From Octopus sinensis (Eukaryota): a DNA stretch of 64,000 nt. This document shows positions 52,048 through 64,000 of this stretch, in pieces (position 1 is the stretch's first letter; every line of letters begins with the position of its first letter). Location of the stretch: contig NC_043012.1 in assembly GCF_006345805.1 (NCBI RefSeq), forward strand, positions 14,074,001 to 14,138,000, written 5' to 3'. The notes beneath the pieces are model-generated. The model was given only the letters and a program-made list of their open reading frames with translations, searched no databases and was not told where the DNA came from. The translations under genes were made by a program, and so were the position numbers.

Positions 52048-52227
52048 GCACCTGGTTATTACCTGAGTAAGTACGGTCCTTGGTAAAGTTGTACGGTAGC
52101 AGGTAGTCCGGTAGGTAGACCGTAGTATAGTTTATATACGAGAAGAAAATGGATGTAAATAACAAAGAGAAACTCGTAGTTTTCGCTGGTATGTCTTTAA
52201 TTTAATTAATTAACAAAGAAGAAGGTA

Positions 52228-52278
52228 GCATTTACGATCGTTTCAATTTACTAGTTTTAGTAAATATCTTCAGAATGC
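52228..52278 (-). ncRNA. Minimal type-I hammerhead ribozyme
   Basis: gcauu-CUGAAGA-u-auuuacua(aaac)uaguaaau-u-GAAA-cgaucg-UA-aaugc: 5-bp stem I, 8-bp stem II, palindromic stem III (ACGAUCGU), GUA triplet. Confidence 0.85.
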
Positions 52279-52799
52279 GAAAAATAGATTGATACACCGG
52301 TCAGAATTCGAAAAATAAATTGATATATTGGTAATGGTAATAATCAAAATTTGTTAGTCTTATATTATATTTTGTTCTTAAGTTGATTATTTCACTTGGG
52401 AGTGGATTTCATTGTTGTAGATTGGTTAGTTTATTGTTTCGTTGCCCAATTAGAGCGGGGTGTATATTATTTTGGTGAGTAATCCCGAATTTGACTAAGC
52501 ACATTTTTTGCATACGTATGTATTTAATTGGTTTAAATCAGTGGAGAGTTTTAGTCACCGGCGGTGTAAGTGAAGGGGGATAACTCTAGAAAGGGAGCTA
52601 ACTCAAACCGGTTTATTTACACTAGGTAGGTTGTTTATTATTATTATGGCTAAAGTTTAGGAAGTTCATTGAGATAAAAGGGGTCCTATCATGGAATGCG
52701 GAGGGCGAGTGGGGTTGGGGGTGACTGTTTATGTGTAAGTGCTGAAGGTGGTTCCCAGCTAATTAGACTTATATAGATGAATAGGCTAGTGTGGGTCCT

Positions 52800-53870
52800 A
52801 CTATCTTACTGATACTTTGAAAATACACAAAGGCCTACATATACCTCAAATACATAAATGCTTCTAGTAACCAGCCAAACTTTATTAAGAGAAGCCTAAT
52901 ACATAGCATTAGCAATAGAATATCACGCCTCTCTTCCAACATAAATATCTTTAATAGGCATAAGAAAAATTTATAATACCGCACTACAGAAAGCAAGATT
53001 TAAACAAAATATTAAATACTTTGACCTTGATCACCATCAAGTAGCCCAATCATTAATCCCATTAACACCAACCATGCACCATACATCACCACAAACTACA
53101 CGATCAATACGAACAGTATGGGTAACCCCAACAAAAACAGCACCAATATGAACAACGCCGAGACACATACACAAACCACAAATGACAACAAAAATAACCA
53201 CAACACTAACACCGATGAAGTGATAATCAATAAAACTAACAATATTAACAAAACTAATAACACCAAGTACACAAACAAGCCCCAAAATAACATTAGCTAC
53301 AAAAATGATAATATAAACCTACACATCGGTATGAATAAAACTAAAGCAACCCAACGAACCTATATGAACCCTCATATGCAAACAACACCAATAGAACAGG
53401 CAAAACTAATAGGAAAGTGAAACCTAACTATAGAAATAAGCAAGATAGCCATAACCATAACTTCACACACGACTCACAAACAAGGAGGGTAGATTCTATA
53501 CTAGACAAAAATATACAATGCAAAAAATAAACAAAATAGTGATAATATTTGGTTCGTAATCCCCTACACCTTGCACCTCAAATCGAACATAGTTCGCTCA
53601 TTAATGAAAATCATAGATAAACACCTAAATGTAAATGATAAATGCGCAAAATTATTTAGGAATAAAATTAGAGTAAGCTACAGCTTGACCAACAACTTAG
53701 CTACAATGATAGCCTCAATAATTAAAAGAATCTAGACAAGTTCTATGAAACTAGAAAGATTGTAAACAATAAAAATAATAACCAACCAACTAATAGAACT
53801 AAGCCCACCACTAACGTAGCGCATCCTGCTAACTTCGATATCGACCTGAATAGTAATACCACCACCACCC
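52800..53870 (+). mobile_element. Penelope-like element, RT C-terminal/linker region
   Basis: YINASSNQPNFIKRSLIHSISNRISRLSSNINIF, YNTALQKARF, IWFVIPYT, IRVSYSLTNNLA. Confidence 0.8.
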
Positions 53871-53872
53871 TA

Positions 53873-54453
53873 AAACTGTTTACCAAATGGCTTTGTAATT
53901 AGGAAAGTTTTACTTTCAAATTTATAAGGTTAAAAAAAAAGTATTTTAAAAAGTTTTACGGGTGATTAGCATTTTTTTCCTGGAGGTTCTTATTACTTGC
54001 TGCTGGCTATGTGACTGCACTTGAGTGCTTGATTTCATAACACAGAGTCAAGCACACAGCTCGCACATGTAATTTCTGAGAGTATTCAGGTACATAATGC
54101 AATGTCTTAGCGATTCCACTGACGATGTACGGATAACAAATTAATTTATTTGTTCATTAATGCATAAACTCGAATTTAAGGTTAACTATTAATAAATTTT
54201 GTTTTCATTCTCTTTGGAATTCCTTTTTTTTTTCTTGGTTTGGGTTTGACTGCTCTTTTTAACATGTAAGGAGTCCTGTGAAGGGTGCCTTCTCTGTATA
54301 TAAATCTTAATACACTCTTATATATGAAAATATGCTGTCTATTGAGTTTTATTACACATGCTAAACACCGGTAAAAATAAATTATAATTGTTTTACTCTT
54401 ATAATTTTCACAGTAAAATTTTCCTAATTACAAAACCATTTGGTAAGCAGTTT
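53873..54453. mobile_element. MITE with ~42-bp terminal inverted repeats; a partial second copy lies at ~54455-54880
   Basis: 53873-53914 and 54412-54453 are reverse complements with 3 mismatches; internal ~53990-54410 is repeated, diverged, directly downstream. Confidence 0.8.
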
Positions 54454-54914
54454 AAATTTATTATTTGCTGCTGGCCACGTGGCTATGCTTGCGCGCTTGA
54501 TTTGATAACATAATGTGTAAGTATGCAGCTCGCACTTGTAATTTCGGTACGTATTAAGCAGCATAATTATGCATTGTCTTAACGTTCCCACAGACGAAGT
54601 ACGGATGACAAATTAATTCATGTGTTCATTAATACAGAAAATCGAGTATGGGGTTAACTATAAATAATTTTTGTTTTCATTCTCTTTAGAATTACTTTTT
54701 TCGTGATTTGGGTTTGACAGCCCTTTTTATCATGTAAGACGTCCTGTCAATGATTTTTTCTGTGTATAAACCCTTATACACACTTATATATGAAAATATG
54801 TTTTCTGTTGACTTTTACTATGCATTCTAACCACCAGAAAAAAATTTATTCTAATTTCCTTTATTCTTATAATCTTCACAATATGTGTGTGCGTGTGTGT
54901 TCTACTAAAACGTC

Positions 54915-55220
54915 AGTCCGACCAAAACCTTGTGAGTGGATTTGGTAAACGGAAACTGAATGAAGCCCGTCGTATATAAATGTATATATTTATGTATGTT
55001 CGTGTGTATCTGTGCTTGTCGCCCAGCCATCACTTGATAACCGATCCTGGAATGCTGATGCTCTTGTAACTTAGCGGTTCGATGAAATATTCCGGTAAAA
55101 TTAGTACTAGGCTTTCAAGGAATAAGTCCTTCGGTCGATTTCTTGGACTAAAATCCTTTAAGGTGGTGCTCCAGTATGGACGCAATCAAATGACTGAAAC
55201 AAGTAAAAGAATAAAAGAAT
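54915..55220 (+). mobile_element. SINE family B, 3' two-thirds
   Basis: ccgaccaaaaccttgtgagtggatttgg...aggtggtgctccag...tgactgaaacaagtaaaaga. Confidence 0.88.
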
Positions 55221-55265
55221 ATCTCTCCATATATCCCTATGTATCATTACATGTATATATATATA

Positions 55266-55330
<65 letters not shown>

Positions 55331-55336
55331 TATACG

Positions 55337-55371
<35 letters not shown>

Positions 55372-55376
55372 TATAT

Positions 55377-55427
<51 letters not shown>

Positions 55428-55846
55428 TGTTTCTTATTAGCCACACAGGGCTGCACACAGATAGAACAAATTACAAGGTAGAGCTTTTCTTTTGAAGGTT
55501 TAAAAAAAAAAAAAAAAAAAAGGGGGGGTCGATCAAAAGGGATCGTAAAAGGAGAGAAAGAGGACAAAAAAAAAAAGGGGGGGTTAAAAAAAAGGGGGAG
55601 AGGAAAAAAATTGATCAATAGGGATCGTTATCACAGAAATGTCAATATAAAGTGTAAAGGGGGGGACAGTGAGGTTTACCCGTGGAAAGAAAAGCCTACG
55701 GAAAAGACCACGGTAACCTCGGTCAATGAAGTCACATGTTATATTTCTTCATTTTTTTTTTTTTTGCAAATAAGCAACTCTCTGTATTAATTTTTACGGT
55801 TCATAGAATCATAGTCAAGGTGGCTTCGTCATTCATACGTGCCATA
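55428..55846 (-). mobile_element. Retrotransposon 3' end (last codons ARMNDEATLTMIL* + 3'UTR), possibly Tx1-like
   Basis: Unique sequence bounded on both sides by (GATA)n; the clade call is from recall only. Confidence 0.45.
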
Positions 55847-55915
55847 GATAGATAGATAGATATACATATAGATATATATATATATATACATATACACACA
55901 TATATATATATATAA

Positions 55916-55997
<82 letters not shown>

Positions 55998-56784
55998 TAT
56001 TTTATATATGAAGCCCCCGCGTGTTTATTTGCATCAACATCCCCAAATCAGTTCACCTGGATTCCTCTTGCAGCCTTTACTTACCCCGCGGACTTATTTC
56101 TCGATGAACACCTCGAAGTCTAAGTCAAATTATTTGAGCACCTCCACATGTTTACTATATTGAGCATCTCTGGATATCACCTGTTGTCTCTGTATGTGAC
56201 TGTGTGTGCGAGAGAGAGAGAGACAGACAGACAGAAGGAAAGAGATAGTTTGTAGGTGCTCTTATGTACGTATAAGTGTGTGTGTGTGCGTGTATGTATT
56301 TAATTGTAGGCATATAAACATTTTCTAAACATACATATGCTTATAAACATACACCAGCTGACTGTAAGATGAAAAGTCTGAGTGTTTGTTTGCAATAGAT
56401 ATTACAAATAAAGGGATGTTGTAGTTGCCAAATATAATAGTTACTGTTTGACTTCAGTCAATATTCATGATTAAACCGTTGATATATCATCGAAATATGA
56501 TACAAAATTTGATGTTTGGCGTATATTTCAAATAAGATAAGTATGGTAAGAGAGTTCAAAAAAGAAAGATGTAGAAGATGATGTGGATTCTGGTGATAAA
56601 ATAGTGATGAACGTCTTAGTCAACGCTGACGTTTGTTTGTTTCATTGTATTCAGTGACTAAATGTTGTCAAGAATATATTATTAATACATTTCGATGAGA
56701 CAGGACAGTTTTAAACAACACTATATTTGTTTGTTGTCTAAGTTCATTTACATAGTTTGTAATGATATATCAATATAAAATCAA

Positions 56785-56861
<77 letters not shown>

Positions 56862-56899
56862 CACTAATAATTATAATAATGATGATGATGATTGATGAT

Positions 56900-58150
56900 T
56901 TCATTTATTTGCTACCAGAGCAAAGGATGAGGGGGCAGTACAAAGATAGATATAAAGTGTGGTGGTTTACATATAATGAAATGATAGGGGAAAATGTAAG
57001 AATACACGGTATACAATGGAAAAGAAGGGTTATACACATAATATACAAAGGTTAAAAAATTCTGAGGAGAGGGTGATAGAGATGTAGCCCGCCAGATACA
57101 AGATGATGTATAGGAATAATCAAGGAACCCCACCGTCGTGATTTCCCTGAACAACAAGAGCAAGTACTCACTCCAGTTCTTTCTCTCCGACTCACAGGTC
57201 TACACTTAGACAGGTACCATCCACTCTTACCATTTTCGCAACTTTCACCCACCTTTCAATAAACTCACTTGAAGACAGCATTTCCCTCTCCACTCTCAGT
57301 TCCCTTTTCAAGTGAAACTTGAAGAAGTCAATTCGAGCTCTACCAAATAGGAAATTATCTGTCCTCATGCCTTTCAGCCTTGTCCATTAAACAACCTCTT
57401 TCGCCACAGCCACCAGGGAAAGAAAAACTGCCTTGCCTGCCCGAATGAAGTAGGGTGGCGGAGTAATCATCCCTACAGACTCGACCGACAGACGGATCCG
57501 TCCCACACGTGACATCAGCTGTTCAACATAACCACACCAAGTCCGCAATGTCCAGACACTGAACGAGTGCACGCAGGACGGTTCCGTCACTCTGCGTGCA
57601 CTTCGAACAAGCCCGTCTGACAGCACAACCGTACCTGTAGAGATTATCTCGAACCGGTAACGCCACCTGGTAGCACTGCCAAGCCAAGAACACCTGGAAC
57701 TTATCCATGACAGTTTCCGACCGCAAAGTCCTCCGATAAAGACTAGCCAGTTCGTTTTCGATGAAGCTCAATGTCTCTCCGAGAACGTATCGCACTTGCC
57801 CGCCACTAATCCTCCATGCGTCCAAAATCCCATTCTAGTCTCCTACAAGTTCTAAACTGTGAGACGTTCCCAGGAATGTTTCTAGACGCCTGAAGAATCC
57901 TAGCCTTCCAGCATAAACGACTACCAATCTAAGGGCGCCACCTTCGCCACTATTCACATCTAGAACCACCAACCTGCCGCCCGGGTCCAAGAAGATTCCC
58001 TTTACTTCGAGACTTAAGGATTTTCGGAATAGCGCTGCTACCCCGCCGCTCGCTCCCGACAGACCCAATGATGAGAATATCTCATAGTCTTCGATAATGG
58101 GCGCTAGTGCTTGCGCATTAGAAATCTTTGTCTCACTAATTGCAGCCAAG
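56900..58150 (-). mobile_element. Tx1/L1-like ORF2 remnant lacking the RT core
   Basis: APE: ISETK, GGVAALFRK, DPGGRLVVLD, LVGD*N; joined directly to the C-terminal zinc finger AWQCYQVALPVRD...CSKC...ALVQC. Confidence 0.8.
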
Positions 58151-58169
58151 AAGTGGGGTATAATGCACC

Positions 58170-59510
58170 TGAAATGAGGTAAGGTACATCCCTTGCAGGG
58201 AAAGAATAACCTTATAGGGAAATGGTTAAACACATTAAAAAAGAAGGCTGCAAATACCTTTGCATACGAGAGTTCCACGAAATAATGGAGAAGGAAATCA
58301 AAGAGCAACTAAGGATGGAATATTCCGAAGAATAAAATTGGCGTTGCGCTCGAAATTGACCGGATGGTATAAACTCCCAGCTGTTAATACAAGGGCGATA
58401 GCATCACTTAGGCATGGAGTTGGAATCATAAAATGACAAAACAAAAAGAACTGGTGAACATACATACGAAGAAAAATATTGACAGTGTACGGAGTTTTCC
58501 ATCCTAAGAGCGACACAGATAGGCTGTACTTGCCCAGAAGAAAGGGTGGGAGAGATTTAATCAGTTCACAGGATTGTATCGAAAAGAGGCAAACAGCTTA
58601 GGGTGGTATGGTATGTAAAAAATACCGTGGAAACATTGTTGAAGCATATAAAGAAAATAATTGTGTTAAGAAAGAAAACCACTAAGAGGGGAACAGTGCA
58701 CAAAAAAGTAACAGCAAGGAAGGATAAAAATGTATGCTCAATTTGCAAGAGAGACGAACGCCAAAACAGCTAAAGAAGACCAGTGGCTATGGATTAGGAG
58801 GATTGACTTGAAGATAGATAAAGAAGGATTTATGTGCGCAGCTGAAGAACAATCGTTAAGGATTATGTGAAGTGCAGAATTGACAACACCACCGAGAGCG
58901 ACAAATGTAGAATGTGTGGTGAGAGGGGTGAAACGGTGTGGTAGAGGGGTGAAACGATGTAGCACACCGTTAGCAAAATGCCCATAATTGGCACAAAAGA
59001 CTTCATGATTATGTGACTAGAATGATCTGTGGAAATTACAGCCTACAAAAAGCAAAGACGTGATATGAGCAAACTCTAGAAGTAATCACCGAGAACGAAA
59101 ATTGCAAAATCTTGTAGGATCACCTGTGCAGACATCATAAACTGGACATTGCTGGGGTAGAAAAAAAGAAAGAACATGCACGATAATCGTCATAGCATGT
59201 TCTGAACACAACAGGAATAAAGAGAAAGAAGAAAAACTGAACAACTCTGATTCGAAGTGAGAAATAGAAGAATGTGGTCAATGAGGGAAGTAGACGTGAT
59301 AGCAATAGTAACTGGCGCAGTTGGAAGTAGCAACACTCAAGTAACAACGTGGTACAAAATGATTGGGGCAAAAGTAAAGGTAAAACGCATACAAAACTCA
59401 GCATTGCTTGGAACTGCAAGAATTCTTCGCAGGGTTCGAGAAGAATGACCAGCAAACGAGTCTCTCCTTAGTCTGCTGGCTGCTGGAAGCTGACACTTTC
59501 CATCATAACA
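58170..59510 (+). mobile_element. R4/Dong-like element, decayed C-terminal half
   Basis: AVNTRAI.SLR.GVGII, FHPKSDTDRLYLPRRKGGR.L, CAAEEQSLR, CRMCGERGET, RRMWSMREVDVIAIVTGAVG, ALLGTARILRRV; followed by (TAA)n. Confidence 0.88.
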
Positions 59511-59567
59511 GCAAAATAAGCTTAGAGTTTTCAAAAATAATAATAATAATAATAATAATAATAATCT

Positions 59568-60006
59568 GCTCAATACCACAGATTTGCTTGTCAGTTGTTT
59601 GACCTTAACCAGTTGAGCATGTCCCTTAGTGGCTGACGATATGTGTATCTCTGATCACGAGCAGAAGTAGTGGGGGAGCATCATAGCCATGTGTTGAGAA
59701 GGATTCTTTGGGGTTTGAATAATTCACCTCTGGAAACATGGGTGTTTCGTTCAACGTCCTTAAACAACCCTTATTCAGGGACCTTTTGAGCGGGATGGGT
59801 TACTCGATCTGAAGAAAATTCTAACTGGGCTCCACCTGCAAGGTCATGTGCTGTTTATCTTGATATGAGATCACCATGTCGCGCACATATGGTTGTGATG
59901 CATGTGCCTGGTATACCCTTATCAGACGGGTAGTCATGATGGGTATACTGGGCTTCGTATATTTTACCCCAGTGTCACTTTGATGGCATGCTCTGCTCGC
60001 TCACTC

Positions 60007-60008
<2 letters not shown>
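59568..60008 (+). mobile_element. ~440-bp non-coding insertion within an (AAT)n array
   Basis: Unique sequence bounded on both sides by (AAT)n; probably the 3'UTR or a non-autonomous derivative of a TAA-targeting element (inference). Confidence 0.55.
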
Positions 60009-60046
<38 letters not shown>

Positions 60047-60099
60047 TAATAATAATAATGATAATAATAATAATAATGATAATAATAATAATAATAATA

Positions 60100-60147
<48 letters not shown>

Positions 60148-60277
60148 GGCTGGACGTGAAAGAAGGCGGCTGGACGTGACAGAGGCTGGACGTGTTCTTC
60201 TCTGTTCTGACCTGTCAGCAGTTGAAGTCACAGAAATACGAATACAACCCAGCAGGACAACTGAAAAAATAACTCAA

Positions 60278-61127
60278 AAAGACTGGAATATCTACAGTTT
60301 TCTGTGATTATTTGGAACTTCCCTCAAAATAAGTTAAGGAACTTACAAATGTGCAGCTTTGGACATACAAACGAACACCTCAAAAAGTTTAGAAATTTTG
60401 TGTGAACATTTTCCCGTCTTCCCTAACAGAATATGTAAACATGCCTTTTATTGTAACAACACAATTAAATGCACGATAAAAAAATTAAGGAAGTAAGCAC
60501 CTGCCAATATATATAGACTGTACAACAACAAAAACTGTAAACCAAAGCAAAACTTAAAAAAAAAAAGAAAAATCCCAAAAGAAAAAGTAATTCAAAAATT
60601 CAACAAGATGAACATCTCTTCCTACTACTATTTCCAAAGACTGGAATATTTTAAATCTCCCTCAAAATAAAATAAGTTAGGAAACTTACATATTTACAGC
60701 TTTCGAACACAAACGATCAGCTTTATAAAAGAAAAAATACGCTTTAATATCTACAAAAAAATGTGTGACGACTTATCGTATTCTCTCTCCCTGAATATTC
60801 GAAAATGTAAGCATCATCCTCCTTTTTATTCTAAGAACGCTACCATTTCTCTCCGTGCGGTCATACAAAAGACCATATTTAATAACTTTTAAAACTTTAC
60901 TGTCTACAACGTGTTTTCTTTTCTTTTTGACACTCCCTGAGTGTTCGAAAATGTAAACATCCTTTTCATTGCAAAAAGTCCTACTGTTTTTTCCAACTGG
61001 ATAGACAAATGAACATCTCAAGAAAACTTAAAAACATTGATATAATACCCAAAAACGTAAACACGCATTTTTATTGCAACAACACAATCGAATTCAGAAA
61101 TTCAAAAATTCAACAACTTGAACATCA
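60278..61127. repeat. Degenerate local tandem duplications
   Basis: aagactggaatat...ccctcaaaataa...acttaca at 60278 and 60638; aatgtaaacat...ttattg-like motif x4; aacaa.atgaacatc-like motif x3. Confidence 0.6.
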
Positions 61128-61719
61128 GAATATATATATGTGTGTGCCTGTGTGTGTGTGTGTATACTATATTATTATTATTGTTTTTTCTACCAGTAAT
61201 TACGAATAGAACAGGTTGAATGGCTTCTTTTCAATGCAGCGCTCCCAATATCCACAGGTAGTAGTAACAACATTTGACCTCTGTGGACCTAAAGGCTGCG
61301 AAGAGTCCTTTGTCTCTATGGCTGACCTCCCCACCGTCTTCCAAATCTATTTATAGACCTGTAGTTTATGATCTATTCACCAAATGCTACCCAAATTCTC
61401 CCTAAAGCTATGGTGGTGGTGGTGATGGTGATAATGATAAAAATAAAAATAATAATATGCTGCAACTGCTAATACTAAATACTACTAACACTAAATTAAC
61501 TCTACAACTACTACTATTATGATAGCACAGGTATCTGAGGTCCAACTACCGCCCTTACCACTAACCCCACCCACGCTACTGTTGCTGCTACTGCAACCAC
61601 TGCTGCAACTACACATAAAACAATAATATCAGTGGTATCAGTGATAATGATAATAATGATAACGAAAGGAAACGGGTGGAGTCTCCTCATTCTCATGAGC
61701 TGATTAATGATACATCTAG

Positions 61720-62728
61720 TGATGGTGTCACAAGAATACACTGGTAACTGCGCAGCCTGATGATCGCTACCTCATATGAGTGATAATGAAAAAACAAAAT
61801 ATTGTGAATAACGGTGGTAATGAAAGTGAAGCCATTGATGGTGATAGTGTTACACCCGGTAGGCTCAGAGATTCTGGTCCTGCTCCAGCCTGTCGATATC
61901 CAGAAAGGGACCACCACACACGGTGTAGACGGGGCAAGCAAATTAATACTGTGGTCATGGAGTGTTACTACCTGAGCAGCCCAGTAGATGAAAATGGTGC
62001 TCAAATTAGAGGTTACCGACAACGTATGTATGATCATTGGAGAGAAAAGGGATTGTTTCAACTCACGGAACAGAGACTGTGTTATCAAACTAGAGCAATA
62101 AGAAAAAATTGTTGTTTCACAGAAGTAGAGCTCGAAGCTATCAAAAGACGGGTCATGGAAAATAGCAGCGGAGATAACAATGAAAATACAGTTCTTACTA
62201 ATAAGAGTAATCCCACAGCACAGGAATGGAGCAGGTGTAGTTTACTTGATGAGAGACATAGATGATCTAAAAGAAGACAATAAAACTAATGGTGACATGA
62301 CAGATGAACAATTGGCAATCTACGACAGAAAAAGGTAAGAGTACAGGAGAACATTAGCGACATTATTTGCAAAGGTTGATTGATGGAAATTGAACCAAGA
62401 AACGAAAAATGTCAATGAAATTCTTAAATACATCAGAACAAATAACATCACAGAAACAAATAATTTGATAAAGGCAGCAAGTATTGTTGTAGCAGAAAAC
62501 GTGGGCGTTGATGTCAAGAAAAAGAAATATAGTGGGCGTGACAAAAGAAAAGATCCATGGTGGAAAAGAAGAATCCAGGCAGGGTTAGACATGATTTCGA
62601 AGGAAATCTCTCTTTTAGAGCGAAAAGTGAAAGAGGAGCTGAAAAGCGAACAAAAATACAGGGCACTGAAAAGGAGGTATAATATTGAAAGAAAGGGCCT
62701 GAAAGTAGTAGTGGAGGAACTGAAACTG
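61720..62728 (+). mobile_element. R4/Dong-like element, N-terminal region
   Basis: VMECYYLSSP..GYRQRMYDHWREKGLFQLTEQRLC..ELEAIKR; ITETNNLI; PWWKRRIQ; RYNIERKGLKVVVEELK. Confidence 0.85.
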
Positions 62729-62829
62729 AATTCCTCTCAACACTATGGCTATGATGCTTCCCCAATACTTCTGCTTGTAATCAGTAATGCACATATCGTC
62801 AGTCTTATTATTATTATTATTATTATTTT

Positions 62830-62883
<54 letters not shown>

Positions 62884-62935
62884 GAGTAGTAGTATCTTTA
62901 CTATTATCATCATCATCATCATCATCATCATCATT

Positions 62936-63135
62936 AAGGTGGTGAGCTGGGAAAAATGCTGAGTGAATTTTTCGTCCGTCCTTACGTTCTGAGTTCAAAT
63001 TCTGCCGAGGTCTGCTTTGCTTTTCATCCTTTCGGATTTCATATTAAAAGGTAATAATGAAAAAAACTGAGGTCGCTGTAGTCGATTAACGTCTTCTCTC
63101 TATCACTGATGAACTTGTACCAAAATTTCAAGCAA
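62936..63135 (+). mobile_element. SINE family C
   Basis: aaggtggtgagctgg...ttacgttctgagttcaaattctgccgaggtc...tcatcctttcgg; lies between trinucleotide repeats. Confidence 0.85.
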
Positions 63136-63167
<32 letters not shown>

Positions 63168-64000
63168 TTGTTGTGGTTGTTGTTACTATTGTTGCTACTG
63201 CTGCTATTCTTATTGTAGTTGTTGTTAGATATTATTAACATTGCTGTTCCGTTTTACTGGTTTATTTGGTCGTGATACGAAGGAATGGAACTAATTATAC
63301 TTCTGTTCCACTAGAATGAACTTGAGTGGCTTGTACAAGAATTTCATCATATTACAGATGTTAAAATTAACGTAAATTCAGAACAGAATTGCTTATGTGT
63401 GTGTGTATAAATAACAAAAGAAAAATGGATTGTCATAAATTTAGATTTATTCCCTCTTGTTACGTGTCTAAACATTGATTCTGTAATGTACAACCAAATA
63501 AATACCAATGCCACTCGTGTAAATCAAATCGGTTAGGCATAAACAACTGTCATTGCGTAGACAGTGAAATACCGGTTTCACTCCCTTTGGAATTTCAGCA
63601 GTAGCTACGTACCTGTCTATATATATATTTACGCAGAGATGTTGTTTACAGGGCAACTGTAATTTAGCGGTTCCATAATTTATGATTTATATCTTGTCGA
63701 CTGAATTTGCCAATAAAAATCACAACTAATAAAATTCTCCCGTCTTAATCTCTAACCTTGTCTTAGAAAACATACGAAAATTATTCCCTTGTACTTCACT
63801 GACAATATTTGACTGTAAATGTGTATGGTGTTCAAACTATGTCACAAGAACCCACTTAACATATGATTGCGTTGAAATTTTCTTCACGTTATTGATAATC
63901 TTAATAATAACGGAGAACCAAGTTTAAGAGGCATTTTATCATACATCTTGTTCAGATCAATTCTGAGTCAAAGCAGTAACAAGTTAATTGTACCTATCTA

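Noticed and set aside
391-63656. Many ORFs with YI/IY, HT, poly-I, poly-M or poly-S translations
   Set aside because: They are read-throughs of (TA)n, (CA)n, (GAT)n, (TAA)n and similar microsatellites, not genes

Overview
AT-rich eukaryotic DNA, dense in microsatellites. From recall of its tRNA-headed SINE families it is most likely a cephalopod (Octopus-type) genome; this is inference and no database was searched. I found no intact protein-coding gene, and most listed ORFs are microsatellite artefacts. The window is a mosaic of retroelement remnants (RTE, CR1/L2-group, Tx1/L1-like, R4/Dong-like, three Penelope-like fragments), several SINE families, one mariner, one MITE and Helitron-like debris. 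There are also probable decayed host-gene remnants (nrf-6/OACYL-like acyltransferase exons, a DEAD-box retrocopy), called at low to moderate confidence. Main highlights: (1) two apparently intact minimal type-I hammerhead ribozymes with palindromic stem III beside Penelope-like elements, plus two decayed ones; (2) a covarying 3' stem-loop shared by the dominant SINE and a CR1-type LINE; (3) short templated copies of nearby DNA inside (TA)n tracts; (4) a hairpin minisatellite in an RTE 3'UTR; (5) a short bipartite RTE with a possible HDV-like 5' fold. Element boundaries were read by eye and are approximate, except where exact motifs are quoted.
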